Of a stretch of DNA of 46,243 nucleotides, positions 15,750 through 24,023 are shown piece after piece. How positions within the stretch are numbered: position 1 is the first letter of the stretch; the number at the start of each line of letters is the position of its first letter. Below the pieces are notes generated by a model. It had not been told where the DNA came from and made no database searches. It saw only the letters and a list, made by a program, of their open reading frames with translations. The DNA is from a virus, in the UHGV virus genome UHGV-0087301; one strand, given 5' to 3'. The translations under genes and the position numbers were made by a program.

Positions 15750-17012
15750 ATGTACGCAACGCAGACAAACACACTCAAAGGCCTTTCCAAAGAAGCATAC
15801 GAGGCAATCGCAGAGATGTGCAGATACGCAAATAACCTTTACAACGTAGGATTGTACAATATCAGACAATACTATTTTCAGGAGAAGCAATTTTTGACCT
15901 ATGAAAGTAACTATCATGCTTGCAAAGAAAATGAGAACTACGCACTTCTGCAGGCTGGTATAGCGCAACAGATTCTTCGCGTTGTCGATAGGTCGTTCAA
16001 GTCTTTTTTCAATCTCGTGAAGAAAGCAAATAATGGAGAATACCGTTTTCAGGACATCAAGATTCCGCATTATCGCAAAAAGGGTGGAATGTTTGTGTTA
16101 GTCCTTCAGAAGAACGCAATCTCCATTCGCAATGGGAATTTGAAACTTCCAATGAGCTACGCATTTAAACATCAACACGAAGGGTTGAAGGTGGAGATTC
16201 CATTCCCTAACAGGATTGACCCTAGCACTATCAAAGAAGTGCGTATTCTTCCTTGCGACTTTTCAGGCAGATACTTTAAGATTCAGTATGTCTATACGGT
16301 GCAAGCAGAACCAAAAAGTCTTAACGAAGACAACGCATTAGGCATTGACATTGGTGTTGACAATCTTGCAACATGTGTTCCTACGAACGGGACGCCGTTC
16401 ATTTTGAACGGACGTGGTATCAAATCAATCAATCACCGTTGGAATAAAGAAAGAGCAAGATTGCAAAGCATCGCTGATAAGCAAGGCATCAAGGGTGGAA
16501 AGACGAAACGTATCTATCGTATCACAGAAAAGCGTAACAATCAGGTGAAAGATGCTATCCGCAAAGCAGCAAGGTATATCGTTGACTACTGTATTCTTAA
16601 CGATATTGGCACTATCATAGTTGGTTACAACAAAGATTTCAAGCGTAGCGTGAACGTTGGAAGGGCAAACAATCAAACATTTACGAATATTCCTTTTGGA
16701 GATTTGCGCAGTACGATTAAAAATCTTTGTGAACGCTACGAAATCCAGTACATTGAGCAAGAAGAGAGTTACACCTCGAAGTCGAGTTTTCTTGACAACG
16801 ATGTGTTGCCAGAATACAATCCTGAACAACCATATAAAGGCAAGTTCAGCGGAAAACGCATCTACAGAGGCTTGTATCAAAGCGCAAATGGTACAAAAAT
16901 CAATGCTGACGTGAACGGCGCAGCAAACATTCTAAGAAAAGCAAACAGGTTCGACTCGTCGATACTGTGTCAAGGATTTTTGGCGAATCCTCAAAGGATA
17001 AGGTTAGCATAA
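15750..17012 (+). CDS. tnpB: RNA-guided endonuclease TnpB
   Basis: RuvC-I GIDIGVDNL, EESYTSK and RuvC-III NADVNGAANI. Confidence 0.95.
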   Translation: MYATQTNTLKGLSKEAYEAIAEMCRYANNLYNVGLYNIRQYYFQEKQFLTYESNYHACKENENYALLQAGIAQQILRVVDRSFKSFFNLVKKANNGEYRFQDIKIPHYRKKGGMFVLVLQKNAISIRNGNLKLPMSYAFKHQHEGLKVEIPFPNRIDPSTIKEVRILPCDFSGRYFKIQYVYTVQAEPKSLNEDNALGIDIGVDNLATCVPTNGTPFILNGRGIKSINHRWNKERARLQSIADKQGIKGGKTKRIYRITEKRNNQVKDAIRKAARYIVDYCILNDIGTIIVGYNKDFKRSVNVGRANNQTFTNIPFGDLRSTIKNLCERYEIQYIEQEESYTSKSSFLDNDVLPEYNPEQPYKGKFSGKRIYRGLYQSANGTKINADVNGAANILRKANRFDSSILCQGFLANPQRIRLA

Positions 17013-17094
17013 TCGCAGCAAACTTCTTTGGAATCCCCGAAGCTTTAGCTTCGTGGGTACGTCAATCAATTGTTGTTGTAAAGAGTTTCTATCT

Positions 17095-18732
17095 CTATTT
17101 AAAAATGTTTACAATTTTCTTAAGTAGTTTCAATATCCACTTAAGAACCTTATTAATTAAACCATAGTCAACACCACCTTCTGTTGGTTTATCGTTTGGT
17201 TTATCTTCTACATTGTCATCCTCATTAGGCTCTTGGTCATCTGTTGGTTTTTCTTCGGTAGGATTGGACTTGTAGAAGTCTAAATCATGATAAGCCACAT
17301 CTTTATCAATCGGTGTACTTGTGTATTGGTGCAATATTCCATCAGCAGAAAAATCACCTTGACAAGTGCCATCATTCGTACCCCAGTTTGCAATCCATTT
17401 TGGATATCCATTTTCTTCAATCATTGAATCAAACCATGAACTAGAGGCATATACACCTGTAAAATATCCACGTTTTTTGAAGAAATCACAGAAAACCTTA
17501 CAAACCATTGAGCAATGCTCTTTGTTCAAATATCCATTTTTCTGTTTCCAACCATCGGCATCTTCCATATCCATCCATACACCCATCTTGATATCTCTAT
17601 CTTTGATAAGGTTATATGTATATTCGGCTTGTTCTAATGCTGTTTTTTCATCACCACAATAGTCATAGCAGTATACACCATATGGAATGCCTAATTTATC
17701 TAGCTTATCGGCGAATGTCTTGAACTTTTTATCTTCTGTCGTCCACCAATTCGCACGCAAGATAACAAAATCATATTGTGAAAAGTCGATGTTTCCGTTG
17801 TTGTGTTCAGACAAATCAATTCCTTTCATCTTAACACTATCAGGAAATTCTTTTGTAGGTTCACTTGGTGTTTCAGGTTCACTAGGTTTATTTTCTTCCT
17901 CAGGTGCAGTAAATGTTGCCCAAGGGTCTTCACCTTGTACTTCACTTCCACTAACGGCTACAAAACAACGAATACTAGGGTCATTCTCATATAACCATGA
18001 AATATATCTATGTCCGTTTCCTACCCATTTTTCTGTATATCGTTGTGTTTCACCTTTTACATAGCTACCAAACTTCAGACCAGTTGGACTATCTCTATGA
18101 CAAATAATAGGTGTATCGTTTGTAAAATGTGCAATACCATCTTCTTGGATTAATTGGCTAGGGTTATAGCCACTTGTTGTACTACCACTACCTGCATTGC
18201 ATTTTCTCCAATTCCCCGCCATAGGGGTGATAACGTTCGTATCATCTACATAGAACGTATCGTCAACGTAGCTTTCAGTAGCAGTAAAAGTATATATGCC
18301 ATAGGAATTATATGCCATATTACCATTCGCAGACTGTGTGAATTCGATATGCAAATGAACACCATTTGCTCTACCTGCATCACCCATGTTCCCTAACTGT
18401 TGACCTTGTTTAATCACCATGCCTACATACGCATTAAAGGTGTTGTCATGGACTGTTTCAAAGGTAACAATACCAAAGTACCCATTTGGACAATGTACCT
18501 TGTTAACAGTCTGCCAAGTGGCTTCTCCGTAGCTTGGAACGGTCTTAATACATTTAACAGTGGCAGGTGCATAATAAGGCGCTCTATATCCTGCAGTTCC
18601 ACTTGCAAAATCGACTGCTTTTGTTCCTAAATGTGTTCCGACATTTTCTACCTGCGTAATCTTAAACTCGGTCATAGGACACATGAAATATTCATATCCA
18701 TCACTAGCGACATATGTTTTATTTGGTTGCAT
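17095..18732 (-). CDS. Endolysin: M23-like peptidase + putative cell-wall binding domain + GH25 muramidase
   Basis: H...D and HLH motifs in the N-terminus. GIDLSEHN and WMDMED GH25 motifs. Likely start MQPNK after AAGGAG. Confidence 0.88.
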   Translation of the reverse strand: MQPNKTYVASDGYEYFMCPMTEFKITQVENVGTHLGTKAVDFASGTAGYRAPYYAPATVKCIKTVPSYGEATWQTVNKVHCPNGYFGIVTFETVHDNTFNAYVGMVIKQGQQLGNMGDAGRANGVHLHIEFTQSANGNMAYNSYGIYTFTATESYVDDTFYVDDTNVITPMAGNWRKCNAGSGSTTSGYNPSQLIQEDGIAHFTNDTPIICHRDSPTGLKFGSYVKGETQRYTEKWVGNGHRYISWLYENDPSIRCFVAVSGSEVQGEDPWATFTAPEEENKPSEPETPSEPTKEFPDSVKMKGIDLSEHNNGNIDFSQYDFVILRANWWTTEDKKFKTFADKLDKLGIPYGVYCYDYCGDEKTALEQAEYTYNLIKDRDIKMGVWMDMEDADGWKQKNGYLNKEHCSMVCKVFCDFFKKRGYFTGVYASSSWFDSMIEENGYPKWIANWGTNDGTCQGDFSADGILHQYTSTPIDKDVAYHDLDFYKSNPTEEKPTDDQEPNEDDNVEDKPNDKPTEGGVDYGLINKVLKWILKLLKKIVNIFK

Positions 18733-18752
18733 AGATTCTCCTTTCTTGCACG

Positions 18753-18786
18753 AAAAAAAGGGCAAACTTAAAAAAGTTGCCCTTTT
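18753..18786 (-). terminator. Terminator-like hairpin between holins and endolysin
   Basis: AAAGGGCAA...TTGCCCTTT stem ending in T7 on the minus strand. Confidence 0.6.
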
Positions 18787-18822
18787 GTTTTGCCTATTTA
18801 TTTTAATTTGTGTTAACTCGTG

Positions 18823-19176
18823 TTAACGTATCTTACCTGCTTCATTGAATAATCGATTTTGAATTTCTTCTTGACATTCCTTAATCTCTTTTGTGTTATT
18901 TCCGTCAAGGTCATGCGTTAATAAAGCGTGTAAGGATTTTAAGAACAGTGAATTGATTTCGGCTTGTTCTTCCAAGGATTTATCATCCTGCGTTAAGAAC
19001 TTGTTTATTTTTTCCACTTCTTTCTCTAACCTTTCGATACGAATGTTTATATCGTTTTTCGGTTTCTTCATTGTTTGATAGAAGTTGTAACAAACACTAA
19101 ATGCACTAAGAATACAACTTAATGCAACAAGTTGTGTTATCGTTTGCGATAAGTCAAACAGTTGTGCTCCATTCAT
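18823..19176 (-). CDS. Holin/antiholin-like membrane protein
   Basis: N-terminal TM helix plus coiled coil, in the lysis cassette. Confidence 0.6.
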   Translation of the reverse strand: MNGAQLFDLSQTITQLVALSCILSAFSVCYNFYQTMKKPKNDINIRIERLEKEVEKINKFLTQDDKSLEEQAEINSLFLKSLHALLTHDLDGNNTKEIKECQEEIQNRLFNEAGKIR

Positions 19177-19502
19177 TAGGCTTTATTGAAACCATCGTTA
19201 AAACCACATACTGCACTCTCAATCAATGTCTCAAGTTCGGTATTGGAAATGGTTATTCCTTTCTCTTGTAAAAGTTTGCTTGCCCTTTCCAATGCCTTTT
19301 CTAATTTCTCCTCGCCATGAATGTCTTGATAGACTTGTTCGACATACTGAACAGTTGTATTGACAACATCTTTTTTGGTTTCGTTGTCTACATACTGGTT
19401 ATATAGCTTTTTGACATACTGCCCTGCATACATCAAACCACATCCAACAACAACTGCAATGAAGTCTACTAGACTTGGCATAATTTGATTGATAAAATCC
19501 AT
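19176..19502 (-). CDS. Holin, LL-H-like family
   Basis: TM helix, VxxVEQxY...GEEKLxxA and LIESAV motifs. Confidence 0.8.
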   Translation of the reverse strand: MDFINQIMPSLVDFIAVVVGCGLMYAGQYVKKLYNQYVDNETKKDVVNTTVQYVEQVYQDIHGEEKLEKALERASKLLQEKGITISNTELETLIESAVCGFNDGFNKA

Positions 19503-19546
19503 ATCGTTTCCTCTCAATCTAAGATAAGTTTTCAGTCGTTCTAGGA

Positions 19547-19897
19547 CTATCCAATGTTGACGTCTTTTTCACAAATAACATCACTGACATACTGTTGTCC
19601 ATCAATCGTAACATTTCCACCATTATCTACTGGAATGCCTCGTAAAGTGATAGGCTCTGTGAGCGTTATGGTTTGTGACAAATCAGCACCATTTGTAACC
19701 TTAATCTGACTAATCTCTTTTGAGATAATTTCAATAGGATTTTCGACTGTTGGTGTTCCATCCTGTTCACTCTGTCCATAGATATTTAACTTCTGTAATC
19801 GCCTAGAACTAGAATCCGTAATTATCGTAGGGTTCCCTTGAGCTACCTTTGCGATTGTATTTAACATCAACGATCTTCTTCTATATTGACTAGCCAT
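19547..19897 (-). CDS. Tail-fibre-associated protein, possibly truncated
   Basis: GxSEQxGTPTxENPIEI and LRGIPV motifs typical of longer phage tail proteins. Confidence 0.5.
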   Translation of the reverse strand: MASQYRRRSLMLNTIAKVAQGNPTIITDSSSRRLQKLNIYGQSEQDGTPTVENPIEIISKEISQIKVTNGADLSQTITLTEPITLRGIPVDNGGNVTIDGQQYVSDVICEKDVNIG

Positions 19898-20378
19898 TTA
19901 TTACACTCCATTCTTGGAAAACTAGATAATTATTAACAATATTACATTCGTATCTTGTATTCGCTTGGATTCCTATATCGCTTACAACTGTATCAGGAAG
20001 AATTAAAGTCGTTGGAGAAGCGCCACTAGTAAATGCAAACCAATATTCGTTAACAACACCCTCTTCTCCTTCTTGCAAAGTAATATCCAAACTTGCTATT
20101 TCTCCCCATGTATGAAATTCGTTTGGTGGCAAAGTAAATGTAGTGTCGTTTGTTCCGTGTTCAACAAGTTTTGTTTTTGATACGATTTTTAAATCATCTG
20201 ATGTTAAATTGCCCTCTAGTGTAACTCCATTAATGCTTGGTTTGTTTTCAATATTGTTATAATCGCTTAATCTTTCTTCGACTTCTTTAAGCTCATCTTC
20301 AGTTACATATTCAACATCAGGTTGACTTGGAACTGGAACAAGAATCTCATCGTATTCGGTAAAATTACATTCGCTCAT
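19890..20378 (-). CDS. Tail-associated hypothetical protein
   Basis: DYxxxxNKPSINGVTLxGN motif. Confidence 0.6.
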   Translation of the reverse strand: MSECNFTEYDEILVPVPSQPDVEYVTEDELKEVEERLSDYNNIENKPSINGVTLEGNLTSDDLKIVSKTKLVEHGTNDTTFTLPPNEFHTWGEIASLDITLQEGEEGVVNEYWFAFTSGASPTTLILPDTVVSDIGIQANTRYECNIVNNYLVFQEWSVING

Positions 20379-20382
20379 AATA

Positions 20383-22023
20383 CTAAACTACCTCCTTTGC
20401 TTCTCCTAAAACATTAATATATATATCTATAACTTTTTTGGAATCTCCTGCTACATTTGTGTACATAGTTCCTTCTTTTGCCACACCGTTTACATTTACA
20501 AGAACCTTTACATTCTTTAATTTTGATGTTTCAAAACTTATTATGTTGGTTTTCTCTCCTTCTTTTCCGTCTGAATTGATAGAGCTTAACCTTGCAGAAT
20601 ACCATGTTTCAGGTGTTAATCCTGTAATCGTATAATCCAACCTTGTTATTGGCGATATTTTCTTAATTTGAGTTGTCGTACTTTCATCATACAGATACAA
20701 TGCATATCCAGTAGCATCTGCTACTGCATCCCATGATAAAGTTGCACTAGTCGGTGTAGTTTCTACTACCGATAAATTTCCAGGTGGGTCTAAGATTTCT
20801 TCAGTAATCGAGAATGCATAATACCCACTATATTCTCCGTAATTCCCATCATATCCAACAACTTGAACAAAAAAATTTCCAGATTCCAAATTACTAAAAA
20901 CGTAAGTTCTTCCTTCAATTGTTTGTGATTCTAAAAGTGATTTATCACTATCGTATAGACTAAAGTTGTATTGGCTTGCTCCTACATCAGAACATGAAAC
21001 TGTAACTTGATTTACTCCAATCGTTGTACTCACAGTTGGTGCATCAAACTTATTTGTTATAACACTTAATTGTGCTTCCTCGCCCTCAATATCTCCATTC
21101 ATTCCTTTTACAATGACTGTATATTGAGTATAGGATTTTAAGTTTGTTACTGTTAATTCAGTTTCAACTTGTTTGTATGATTCATCAAATAAACTGGGAT
21201 CGTTTGTGTTTTTCACTTCTATTGAATAATAGGTTGCGTTGGTTGCTTCATCCCACGTACATATGAGACTGGTTGCTGTCTTTTCTGTATATATCAGGTT
21301 AACAACTCGCCCTACATTAATTTTCGTTGAAAATGAGTAAGGTTCAGATGTATCACTTCGATTTCCATATACATCTTCTGATTGGACTGTTACAGTGTAA
21401 TTTTGGTTTGGAGAAAGATGATTAAATGTATATCTCGTGTCCGTTGTTATATATGCCGTAACTGCTCCATCTTGGTGTCTCAACGTAATGTGATATTTAG
21501 TTGCGTTTTCTACGCTTGTAAATTCTACTGTTGCTGAAGTGGAGGAAATAACATCTACATTAGTAATTGTTGGTGCTTGCACCTTAGCGTTAATACTAGG
21601 AAATAACGTTTTTATGTTTTTAGTTGTCCAGTCAAATTCAGGGGTATCGTATTGATTTATGCCAGCTATAAACTGCGTTGACATCAGAATATCAGGAACG
21701 CTTCCGTCATTGTTATAATTGACTGTTACAACTGCGTATCTATCACCACTATGTGTCCAACACCCTCCTTTAGGAACATTAACTGCATCATTAACATCAA
21801 CTACTTGTCCTCCCATGACTTGCCAACCATATCCGTTGTTTACTCCTTCGTAATTGTTGAATGTATGAGAACTATCTAATGAACAACACTGTTGATTTGC
21901 CAAGGTGATTTCAAGTTTTCTGTTTTCTAAATCTTGTTTATATGCTACATAATTTGATACACGATAATGTCCGTTTGACCATCCCTCAATCCAACCTAAT
22001 TCATGATTTTCTCCGTATGCCAT
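20383..22023 (-). CDS. Fibronectin type III repeat virion protein
   Basis: Repeated TSATLSW...Y...GLxPxTxYxxxV Fn3 patterns. Confidence 0.8.
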   Translation of the reverse strand: MAYGENHELGWIEGWSNGHYRVSNYVAYKQDLENRKLEITLANQQCCSLDSSHTFNNYEGVNNGYGWQVMGGQVVDVNDAVNVPKGGCWTHSGDRYAVVTVNYNNDGSVPDILMSTQFIAGINQYDTPEFDWTTKNIKTLFPSINAKVQAPTITNVDVISSTSATVEFTSVENATKYHITLRHQDGAVTAYITTDTRYTFNHLSPNQNYTVTVQSEDVYGNRSDTSEPYSFSTKINVGRVVNLIYTEKTATSLICTWDEATNATYYSIEVKNTNDPSLFDESYKQVETELTVTNLKSYTQYTVIVKGMNGDIEGEEAQLSVITNKFDAPTVSTTIGVNQVTVSCSDVGASQYNFSLYDSDKSLLESQTIEGRTYVFSNLESGNFFVQVVGYDGNYGEYSGYYAFSITEEILDPPGNLSVVETTPTSATLSWDAVADATGYALYLYDESTTTQIKKISPITRLDYTITGLTPETWYSARLSSINSDGKEGEKTNIISFETSKLKNVKVLVNVNGVAKEGTMYTNVAGDSKKVIDIYINVLGEAKEVV

Positions 22024-22026
22024 AGA

Positions 22027-22821
22027 TTATTCCTCGTATTGCACATAAATATCTCCGTCAACCCATCCACTTGGAGGACTGGAAGAAGTGCCTTTCCAAA
22101 TTCTTCTCAGATTGGTTAGTTTTGTTTTATCACTGGAACTCATCAATCCGTTGGAACTTGTGGAAGCAACTCCATACGTTGTATTCGGAGGAACTGCCCA
22201 TGATCCGTCTCCATTTAAAAAGCGTTTGCTAGCGTTTTCGTCACTAGGCAACATAGGTGCAAGTCCGTTAGAAGTTTTTGATACAACTTCATAGACAGTG
22301 TTTGTATCTTCCCATGGAACTTGAACATATGCATTTCCGTCTGTATCTGTTTTAATGGGGTAAAACTTTCCGTTTTGCTTATATCCAGTTTTAATGCCAC
22401 CTAAAGCATTATCAGTTGCTTTTGGAAGTTGATATTCTTTCCATGGAACATTGACATAAATATTTCCTTTTGTGTCTTTTGTGATTGGATAATTTCTTCC
22501 GTTTTGTGTATATCCTAAAAGAACACCACCTAATTCTGTAGAACTAGCAACTGGCAATACATATTTGTTTGCTCCCTCTTCAATTCCTTCTAATTTTTCT
22601 CTTTCTTCTTGCGTAAAACATATATCGCAATTTACTCGAACCAATGAATCTCCGTTAAACACAAATAATTTTCCATCATCCGTTAAATAAGCATGGTCTT
22701 TATCAGGGTTTGTAATAGACTGTTCGTCCGTTACTGTAATAAGCCAAAATTCACATGCTTCACCCATCATAGGTATATGTACTTTATAGCTTTTTTTACA
22801 TACTCGTGGATTTAAACTCAT
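22027..22821 (-). CDS. Head/tail fibre-like protein
   Basis: YxLPxAxxxxLGGV/I repeats, GLMSSSDKTKL and GDIYVQYE. Confidence 0.7.
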   Translation of the reverse strand: MSLNPRVCKKSYKVHIPMMGEACEFWLITVTDEQSITNPDKDHAYLTDDGKLFVFNGDSLVRVNCDICFTQEEREKLEGIEEGANKYVLPVASSTELGGVLLGYTQNGRNYPITKDTKGNIYVNVPWKEYQLPKATDNALGGIKTGYKQNGKFYPIKTDTDGNAYVQVPWEDTNTVYEVVSKTSNGLAPMLPSDENASKRFLNGDGSWAVPPNTTYGVASTSSNGLMSSSDKTKLTNLRRIWKGTSSSPPSGWVDGDIYVQYEE

Positions 22822-23297
22822 TGTTCGTCTCCTTTCATTTCGGCTTTAAGGATATCGCCAAAACAAGCACTGCATTCCGTGATTGTTACACCTAGAAATT
22901 GCGATAATGCCTTGATAAACATTTTGTTAATCTGCAGATATAAAGAAAATAATTCTTCGTCTTTATCGCTTGCCTGATATGCTTCAAAGGTTGTGTACAT
23001 AGCGTATGACAAGTGCTTTATCACACACCAATATTCCTTATTGCCTTTTTCTCCATAAAGCCTGTACAAATAAAGCATGAGTTCTCTACGTGTCTGAGCT
23101 TGTGTTTCTAAATCTTCTTTAAGCTCATTGATGATTTCCATTTGATTGGAAATTTGTTCGTCCTCAATCATGCCATTTTCTATTTCAGATACACGCTTTT
23201 CCAGTAGTGTTTTCGTATGTAATTCGGTATTTCCTACTTGTGTGAAAGCACGTATCAAATCTTCGGCTATACTGTCGCTAGAGTGTTTATTCTGCAC
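22818..23297 (-). CDS. Hypothetical protein with WCxxKH and CxxC motifs
   Basis: AGGAGG RBS, GTG start, 159 aa. Confidence 0.7.
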   Translation of the reverse strand: MQNKHSSDSIAEDLIRAFTQVGNTELHTKTLLEKRVSEIENGMIEDEQISNQMEIINELKEDLETQAQTRRELMLYLYRLYGEKGNKEYWCVIKHLSYAMYTTFEAYQASDKDEELFSLYLQINKMFIKALSQFLGVTITECSACFGDILKAEMKGDEQ

Positions 23298-23463
23298 TTT
23301 TAAGCCTCCTTTTATACATGGCTATATCTTTTCGCATTTGGTCTTGTTTATGTTTTCTTTCCTTGTCAAATTCCTTGCTACGATACTTCAAAAAAGCGAT
23401 TGCAGTTTGATAATCGTTAGGATGATTTTTCAAGTGAAGTTCCATTTTTTCAAGTCTGTTCAT
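23287..23463 (-). CDS. Small basic protein with S15-like HLKxHPxD motif (58 aa, not in ORF track)
   Basis: MNRLEKMELHLKNHPNDYQTAIAFLKYRSK..., with an AGGA RBS and overlap with the next gene. Confidence 0.6.
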   Translation of the reverse strand: MNRLEKMELHLKNHPNDYQTAIAFLKYRSKEFDKERKHKQDQMRKDIAMYKRRLKSAE

Positions 23464-23522
23464 ATGCGTTTTTCCTACAATAAAATTATATAATGGATTT
23501 TAAAATAGTGAGTTTTCGCAAA

Positions 23523-24023
23523 CTATCGATTGCAATGTGAATACTTCATATAGTTGATAATCTTCACATCAAAATCTCCATTGCCTACCACTTGCACTTC
23601 TTTATAACCAGGTTCTAAAATTTGGTTTCTTTCGGCTTCGTTCATATATCCAGTTGCAAGAAGTACATCATAATGTGCAGTTCCTTTGTTTGGATAAACA
23701 CCATTTCCAGTAATCCAAGCTCCATTAAACTGAGATTGGAAATAAGGTGTTAAATCGATTCCATCAATCAGAATCTGAAAAGAAGTTGCACTTGCATTTT
23801 CGATAACGATTTGAAACTCGTATCGGTTGTAATAAATCAAGTCTTGGGAAACACTGATACCAAGCGTGGCCGGACTGCTTGCAGAACCATGACCAGTCAA
23901 TTCATATCCGTACATATCTACACTTTGATTTCTACGTTGTACAGAACTGTATCGTTGCTTCTGTTTAAGCTCGTATACGTTCTCTGCAAGGATATTTATG
24001 GCTCTGCTATATTCATCCATCAT
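23523..24023 (-). CDS. Baseplate/tail-tip associated protein
   Basis: Coupled downstream of the Tal-like gene. Confidence 0.6.
   Translation of the reverse strand: MMDEYSRAINILAENVYELKQKQRYSSVQRRNQSVDMYGYELTGHGSASSPATLGISVSQDLIYYNRYEFQIVIENASATSFQILIDGIDLTPYFQSQFNGAWITGNGVYPNKGTAHYDVLLATGYMNEAERNQILEPGYKEVQVVGNGDFDVKIINYMKYSHCNR

Larger units (their letters stand above)
15153..17065 (+). mobile_element. IS200/IS605-family insertion sequence
   Basis: Left end: AAAA followed by hairpin CCACCACGCTTTAGCTTGGTGG, preceded by target TTTAT (15148-15152). Right end: GAAT followed by hairpin CCCCGAAGCTTTAGCTTCGTGGG and terminal TCAA. Carries tnpA and tnpB. Confidence 0.9.
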
